From Candidatus Magasanikiibacteriota bacterium (lineage in GTDB: Bacteria > Patescibacteriota > Patescibacteriia > Magasanikbacterales > GWA2-37-8), in the NCBI GenBank assembly GCA_026396515.1, contig JAPLWQ010000003.1, positions 357,569-393,986 on the forward strand: a stretch of 36,418 nt of DNA, written 5' to 3'. Shown here in pieces: positions 32,533 through 36,418 of the stretch. The stretch's first letter is position 1; every line of letters starts with the position of its first letter. Below the pieces are notes generated by a model, which had not been told where the DNA came from, ran no database searches, and saw nothing but the letters and a program-made list of their open reading frames with translations. The translations under genes were made by a program, and so were the position numbers.

Positions 32533-34024
32533 ACCATAAATATCTTATCGCCGCCAGCGAAATCCACCACCAAATGTTGAAAAAATTAACATCCCAGTAT
32601 ATGGAAATGGTAAACCCGGCCATTAATACAAGCGCCACGCTCCACCAGGTAAAAAACAAGCGGGCTTCATCCGGGTCGTCAGACATAAGCAGCGCGGATC
32701 TGTTCATAAAAAACTGATACCAAAGATACGCCAGCCATTCAATTAGCACCAGAAAGCCAATCGCTCCCAACTGGTAAAGTATGGCCAGATAATCGTTATG
32801 TATCTCACGCATGGCGATGCGAAAAGGCCAATTATTATCGAGGCCGGAAATTTCATAACCAAGTCCGACGCCGAAAAACGGGTGCGTTATCCAGGCCGAA
32901 TAGCCCACCTTCCAGGTTGAAAGACGCCAGCGAAAACTGGCATCCTGCCCGCTGGTCGCATAACCAACATCTGTTCGCTCGGAAAGCACTTGGGATGTGT
33001 TGGAAAATGATTCACCGGTGGCTTTGAAAAATATTTTTCCGGCATTGATATACGCGAGCATTAGTACCGCTGACGCGGCGGCAACAGCGACAATCGTTAA
33101 AAAGTATTTAAAGCGCCGACGCAAGGTCGGTAAAAAAATTACCCAGAAAAACAGAACTGCGGCAACGGCCATCCATAAATGCCGCACCAACGATACAACC
33201 AAAGCCACGCCGACAAACGACATAGCGATAAAAATTAAAATATATACTAATTTCTTTTTTCCATACTCTTTGGCAAGCGGCCAGATGAACCATGATATCA
33301 GCCAAAAGAAAAAAATTACCAAATAAAAAATATGCGTGCCGGCGATAAGGCGCTCACCGGCGGTTGAGAGCGGCGTATATTCGCTCCACAATCCCTTACC
33401 GTTAATCAATCCATAAAAAAGAAAAAAGAAAAGCCCGATACCGCCGACAGTAAGCGCTCTCATAAATTTCAGCCAGTCATCTTTTGTACGCAATATCGCC
33501 GCGACCAGAAAATACAAAATGCCGTAAATAATATAATTTTTGTATGTTCCAAACGCTAGGGCCAAATTTAGCTGGCGGAATACCGCAGTAATAAAACCAT
33601 ATGTGCAGGCAACGCCGAACCCGATGAGAAAAAAATCAATTTTTTTAAATTGCCACTTTATTCTGCCTTCCAAAAGGCGCGAACAAACACTTAAAAAAAT
33701 AAAGAGTATAACCAAATCAAGCGGATAAAATTTAAAATCTACCCCGTTAAGCGTGATCGGCAAAAGCGTGAAATACCTTTCAAACCACATTGTGCCAATT
33801 ATGACAACATACAAGCCCGCTTCCGGGCGCATAATGGTTGAAAGAAATACCAGTAAAAATGCAAAAAAATAAAGCAGGGGCGAAAACCCGAAATTGATTA
33901 CCGAAACGCAAAAAATGGCCATTGACGAGACGGCGAGTATGCTCCAAAACAGATGCTGTTTCGCGTCTGTATCCAGGGGTAAAAGTGACTTCATACTGGT
34001 AAATTCTAACATAAAATCAGCCAA
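32504..34024 (-). CDS. O-antigen ligase/polymerase-like (Wzy_C) polytopic membrane protein
   Basis: More than 10 TM segments and the HNDYLAILYQLGAIGF motif, typical of WaaL/Wzy_C. The likely true start is ATG 33994 (MKSLLPL), because the TTG at 34024 and the ATG at 34012 lie inside the promoter. Confidence 0.75.
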   Translation of the reverse strand: MADFMLEFTSMKSLLPLDTDAKQHLFWSILAVSSMAIFCVSVINFGFSPLLYFFAFLLVFLSTIMRPEAGLYVVIIGTMWFERYFTLLPITLNGVDFKFYPLDLVILFIFLSVCSRLLEGRIKWQFKKIDFFLIGFGVACTYGFITAVFRQLNLALAFGTYKNYIIYGILYFLVAAILRTKDDWLKFMRALTVGGIGLFFFLFYGLINGKGLWSEYTPLSTAGERLIAGTHIFYLVIFFFWLISWFIWPLAKEYGKKKLVYILIFIAMSFVGVALVVSLVRHLWMAVAAVLFFWVIFLPTLRRRFKYFLTIVAVAAASAVLMLAYINAGKIFFKATGESFSNTSQVLSERTDVGYATSGQDASFRWRLSTWKVGYSAWITHPFFGVGLGYEISGLDNNWPFRIAMREIHNDYLAILYQLGAIGFLVLIEWLAYLWYQFFMNRSALLMSDDPDEARLFFTWWSVALVLMAGFTISIYWDVNFFNIWWWISLAAIRYLWFVKYENIRD

Positions 34025-34031
34025 AAGACAA
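34003..34031 (-). promoter_or_regulatory. Promoter TTGTCT-N17-TAGAAT with an extended TG, for the surface-glycan operon
   Basis: The minus strand reads TTGTCTtttggctgattttaTGtTAGAAT. The -35 box is at 34031-34026 and the -10 box at 34008-34003. ATG 33994 is 8 nt downstream of the -10 box, which implies a leaderless mRNA. Confidence 0.55.
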
Positions 34032-34067
34032 TAAAAAACACAAAACCCGCCGGTAAAGACGGGTTTT
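34032..34067 (-). terminator. Rho-independent terminator ending the GC-rich giant gene
   Basis: The minus strand reads AAAACCCG-(10-nt loop)-CGGGTTTT (34067-34042), then GTGTTTTTTAT. A second stable hairpin with a UUCG loop, GCCCCATC-ttcg-GATGGGGC, lies at 34140-34121. Confidence 0.7.
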
Positions 34068-34165
34068 GCGTATCAACTGAGATCATCACAGAGAGAGTTA
34101 TGATAATCTCATGGTGATTTGCCCCATCCGAAGATGGGGCAAGGAAAGAATGATTGAGGTGGGAA

Positions 34166-36418
34166 CTACGGAACGAACCCGATGAACAGGCCCTGGGTGA
34201 GGCAAATCCTCTCGACCGGGGTCAGCTCAAAGAAGTTCGACTGGTTGCTGAGACAGCACTCGGGAATGGGATCCTGTTCCGCACACGGCTCGCAGTGGTC
34301 AACGACCCAGTTGCATGAACCGCAATGCGGCATCGGGCTACCATCCACGTACTGCCAGGGCACGGGGCCCCAGTAGTTGCAGCCACCGGCGACATCGAAA
34401 TCGTCGCAGGTGCTGTTGATCGTGAGCGGGTTGCCGTCGACATCCAAATCCCAGCAGAAGAGGTACTGGCCCGTACCCGGAACCGGAATCGGTTCGCAGG
34501 TATGCGTATCCTTTCCACACGCTTCATCGGCCAAGCAGTCCTCGGCTTGGGAGCACTCCACGCAGATGCTGTCGAGGCAAACGGGCAGGGCCGGATTCGT
34601 GCAGTCGGTATCGATCACGCACTCGCCGGCGTCCGTGTCGGTATCGCCGTCCGAGTCAGAATCGCTGTCGGTATCGGTATCCGTATCACCGTCAGTGTCC
34701 GTGTCGGTATCGGTGTCGGTATCACCGTCAGTGTCCGCATCCGTGTCAGCGTCAGTGTCCGTGTCGGTATCGGTGTCCGTATCCGCGTCAGAGTCGGTAT
34801 CGGTATCCGTGTCCGTATCGGTGTCGCTGTCGGTGTCGGTATCACCATCGCTGTCCGTGTCCGTGTCCGTGTCGGTATCTGTATCGGTGTCGGTGTCGGT
34901 ATCCGTGTCCGTATCGCCGTCGGTGTCCGCGTCGGTGTCGGTGTCACCACCAGCATCCGGCACGCCACCATCGGGGACGGAACCGCAGTACCCTTCGGTA
35001 TCGCAGACGAGATCAGTGTCGCACTCCTCGAGCGGAGGCTCGGCACACGGCTGGCCGTCTTCGCCAACGCACGCACCCGCCGGAATATTCTGACACTCGT
35101 ACTCGCACACCACGCAAGTGGCGGACGAAGAGGTTGCCAGACAGACCGAGGAAGTATCGCACGACGCGATCGTGATCCAGCTGTTGTGGTAGATTGATCC
35201 GTCGCAGGCAGCGCCGGTACCGTCACAGTACTGCCGCGAGATGCGGCGCTGTCCATCGGCTCCGCAGAGCGCACCGTTGCAGCGGTAGTCGTACCACTGG
35301 CTGCAAAGGGTGAACTCGGCCTTGTAGGAGTCGGCCGGACAGACCGGCAGATCGCCGGTGCAGTATTCGTCGTTGTCGCACGGTCCGGCCGCGTCGCGGC
35401 AAACCGCCGTGTCCGGCAGATAGGAATCGGCCGGGCAGTCGGGGGCGGTGCCGGTGCAGAGCTCTGCCGGATCGCAATCGCCGGCGGAGATGCGGCACTC
35501 GAGCGTGGCCGGTTCGAACGTATCCGCGGGGCAGAACGAATTCACGCCGTCGCAGTACTCCGGCAAATCGCAGTCGCCCATATCGGTGCGGCAAACCTCG
35601 AACGGCAGCTTGACTGCGTCCTCGCACAAACCGAGCCCGTCGCAGTAGCTGTCCTCAGCACAGTCGTCCGCGGCCAAGCCGCAGGGCGTTGTGTCGGGTT
35701 CGAAATTGATCTCGCAGGTCCCAGCGCCGTCGCAGGTATCCGCGTGATCGCAGGTGGATTCGGAGGAATCACCGCACGGGGCACCGAGCAACTCGAAGTT
35801 GCCACCCAGATCACAGCACTCGCTGCCGGGGAAGCAATCCCCAGTATCGGTGTCTGTATCGGTGTCTGTATCGGTATCCGTGTCGGTATCCGTGTCGGTA
35901 TCCGTGTCGGTATCCGTGTCGGTATCCGTGTCCGAATCAGTATCCGTATCCGTATCGGTATCGGTGTCCGTGTCGGAATCCGTATCCGTGTCTGACCCAG
36001 TGTCAGTGTCGGTGTCCGTGTCGGTATCGGTATCACCATCGGTGTCCGTATCGGTATCGGTATCACCATCGGTGTCCGTATCGGTATCGGTGTCACCACC
36101 GGCATCAGGGCCACCGTCGCCAGCGTCCGGACCAGCATCCATGCCAGTATCCGTATCGCCGTCAGTGTCACTGTCGGTGTCCGTGTCCGTATCGGTGTCG
36201 GTATCACCATCGGTGTCCGTATCTGTGTCAGCGTCCGTGTCGGTATCGGTATCCGTGTCTGACCCAGTGTCAGTGTCGGTATCCGTGTCCGTATCGGTGT
36301 CGCTGTCGGTGTCGGTATCACCATCGGTGTCCGTATCCGTGTCAGCGTCCGTGTCGGTATCGGTATCCGTGTCTGACCCAGTGTCAGTGTCGGTATCCGT
36401 GTCCGTATCGGTGTCGCT
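34166..36418 (-). CDS. Large acidic (Thr-Asp)n repeat protein with five disintegrin-like Cys modules and further Cys-rich domains. The 5' end lies beyond the window.
   Basis: The frame stays open upstream of M at 36142 through to the window edge (only D, T, S and G codons). It includes CRTDMGDCDLPEYCDGVNSFCPADTF, CRISAGDCDPAELCTGTAPDCPADSY and CRDAAGPCDNDEYCTGDLPVCPADSY, which follow the ADAM/disintegrin pattern CR...G.CD..E.C.G....CP.D. There are two long DTDTD tracts. GC content is high and all other frames are repeat shadows. Confidence 0.8.
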   Translation of the reverse strand, partial: SDTDTDTDTDTDTGSDTDTDTDTDADTDTDTDGDTDTDSDTDTDTDTDTDTGSDTDTDTDTDADTDTDTDGDTDTDTDTDTDSDTDGDTDTGMDAGPDAGDGGPDAGGDTDTDTDTDGDTDTDTDTDGDTDTDTDTDTDTGSDTDTDSDTDTDTDTDTDTDSDTDTDTDTDTDTDTDTDTDTDTDTDTDTDTGDCFPGSECCDLGGNFELLGAPCGDSSESTCDHADTCDGAGTCEINFEPDTTPCGLAADDCAEDSYCDGLGLCEDAVKLPFEVCRTDMGDCDLPEYCDGVNSFCPADTFEPATLECRISAGDCDPAELCTGTAPDCPADSYLPDTAVCRDAAGPCDNDEYCTGDLPVCPADSYKAEFTLCSQWYDYRCNGALCGADGQRRISRQYCDGTGAACDGSIYHNSWITIASCDTSSVCLATSSSATCVVCEYECQNIPAGACVGEDGQPCAEPPLEECDTDLVCDTEGYCGSVPDGGVPDAGGDTDTDADTDGDTDTDTDTDTDTDTDTDTDTDSDGDTDTDSDTDTDTDTDTDSDADTDTDTDTDTDADTDADTDGDTDTDTDTDTDGDTDTDTDSDSDSDGDTDTDAGECVIDTDCTNPALPVCLDSICVECSQAEDCLADEACGKDTHTCEPIPVPGTGQYLFCWDLDVDGNPLTINSTCDDFDVAGGCNYWGPVPWQYVDGSPMPHCGSCNWVVDHCEPCAEQDPIPECCLSNQSNFFELTPVERICLTQGLFIGFVP
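34628..34946 (-). repeat. Hexanucleotide (GAYACN)n coding microsatellite-like tract encoding (Asp-Thr)n, internal tract
   Basis: The plus strand reads ...gtgtcggtatcggtgtcggtatcaccgtcagtgtcc... with strict 6-nt periodicity. Confidence 0.85.
35843..36418 (-). repeat. Hexanucleotide (GAYACN)n tract with a near-perfect 114-bp tandem duplication at 36200-36418
   Basis: 6-nt periodicity is present throughout. Positions 36200-36304 and 36314-36418 are identical apart from one mismatch (T at 36224 versus C at 36338) over 105 nt. Confidence 0.85.

Noticed and set aside
34182-36324. Six-frame ORFs across the TD-repeat gene (34325..35197 +, 34377..35093 +, 34615..35274 -, 35542..36324 - and others)
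   Set aside because: They are artefacts of the 6-nt repeat, which keeps every frame open and yields RVGI, SVSV or PTRT low-complexity products. Only the minus frame with the Cys-rich domains reads as a real protein.
34628-36418. Repeat tracts as a possible CRISPR array
   Set aside because: The period is 6 nt (with one 114-bp duplication). There is no repeat-spacer organisation with unique 25-40-nt spacers, no leader and no cas genes. The tracts lie inside a continuous coding frame.
1-36418. Alternative genetic code (UGA recoded, as in some candidate phyla)
   Set aside because: TGA works as a sensible stop: 7893-7895 is followed by a terminator, and 26744-26746 forms an ATGA overlap with the next gene. 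ORFs of 740-1057 aa are uninterrupted under the standard code.

Overview
This 36.4-kb window looks like part of a compact bacterial chromosome, and I infer a Patescibacteria/CPR-like lifestyle. The backbone is roughly 45% GC by eye. Genes are tightly packed or overlapping and mostly lack Shine-Dalgarno (SD) sites. Many near-consensus sigma70 promoters sit only 5-30 nt upstream of their start codons.

Backbone content, in order:
- queH (partial).
- A 675-691-aa orphan protein with a GGDEF/palm-like module.
- A 1057-aa secreted protein made of 10 tandem FN3-like modules.
- tRNA-Glu(CUC).
- A roughly 350-nt structured RNA with its own promoter and terminator, which I cannot assign to a family.
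- An AMMECR1-family gene.
- A long minus-strand gene string: murB, hpf, an LtaS-like gene, then tkt, a P-type ATPase, rlmN, ftsI and murF.
- A plus-strand peptidoglycan-precursor module: an ATP-grasp::Nudix fusion, a signal-less NlpC/P60, mraY, an ATE/Bpt-like aminoacyl-tRNA transferase and an Mpl/MurC-type ligase.
- A 53-aa LysW-like zinc ribbon that is missing from the ORF track.
- A PLP fold-type II enzyme.
- A surface-glycan cluster: a GHL/FG-GAP exoprotein, a GT4 glycosyltransferase and an O-antigen-ligase-like protein.

Three blocks stand out as much GC-richer, with GC3-biased codons and strong SD sites:
- 5945-6680: two small orphan genes.
- 8060-9770: a 2-TM protein plus an SPFH lipoprotein.
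- 34080-36418+: a (Thr-Asp)n and disintegrin-like Cys-repeat giant protein.

The first two blocks share the same promoter layout, with a CCGC-N7-GCGG palindrome at about +2 to +18.

The strongest candidates for something undescribed are the unassigned RNA, the GC-rich cassettes and their shared operator, the palm-domain orphan, and the non-canonical peptidoglycan module. No CRISPR array, transposase, integrase or rRNA is visible.
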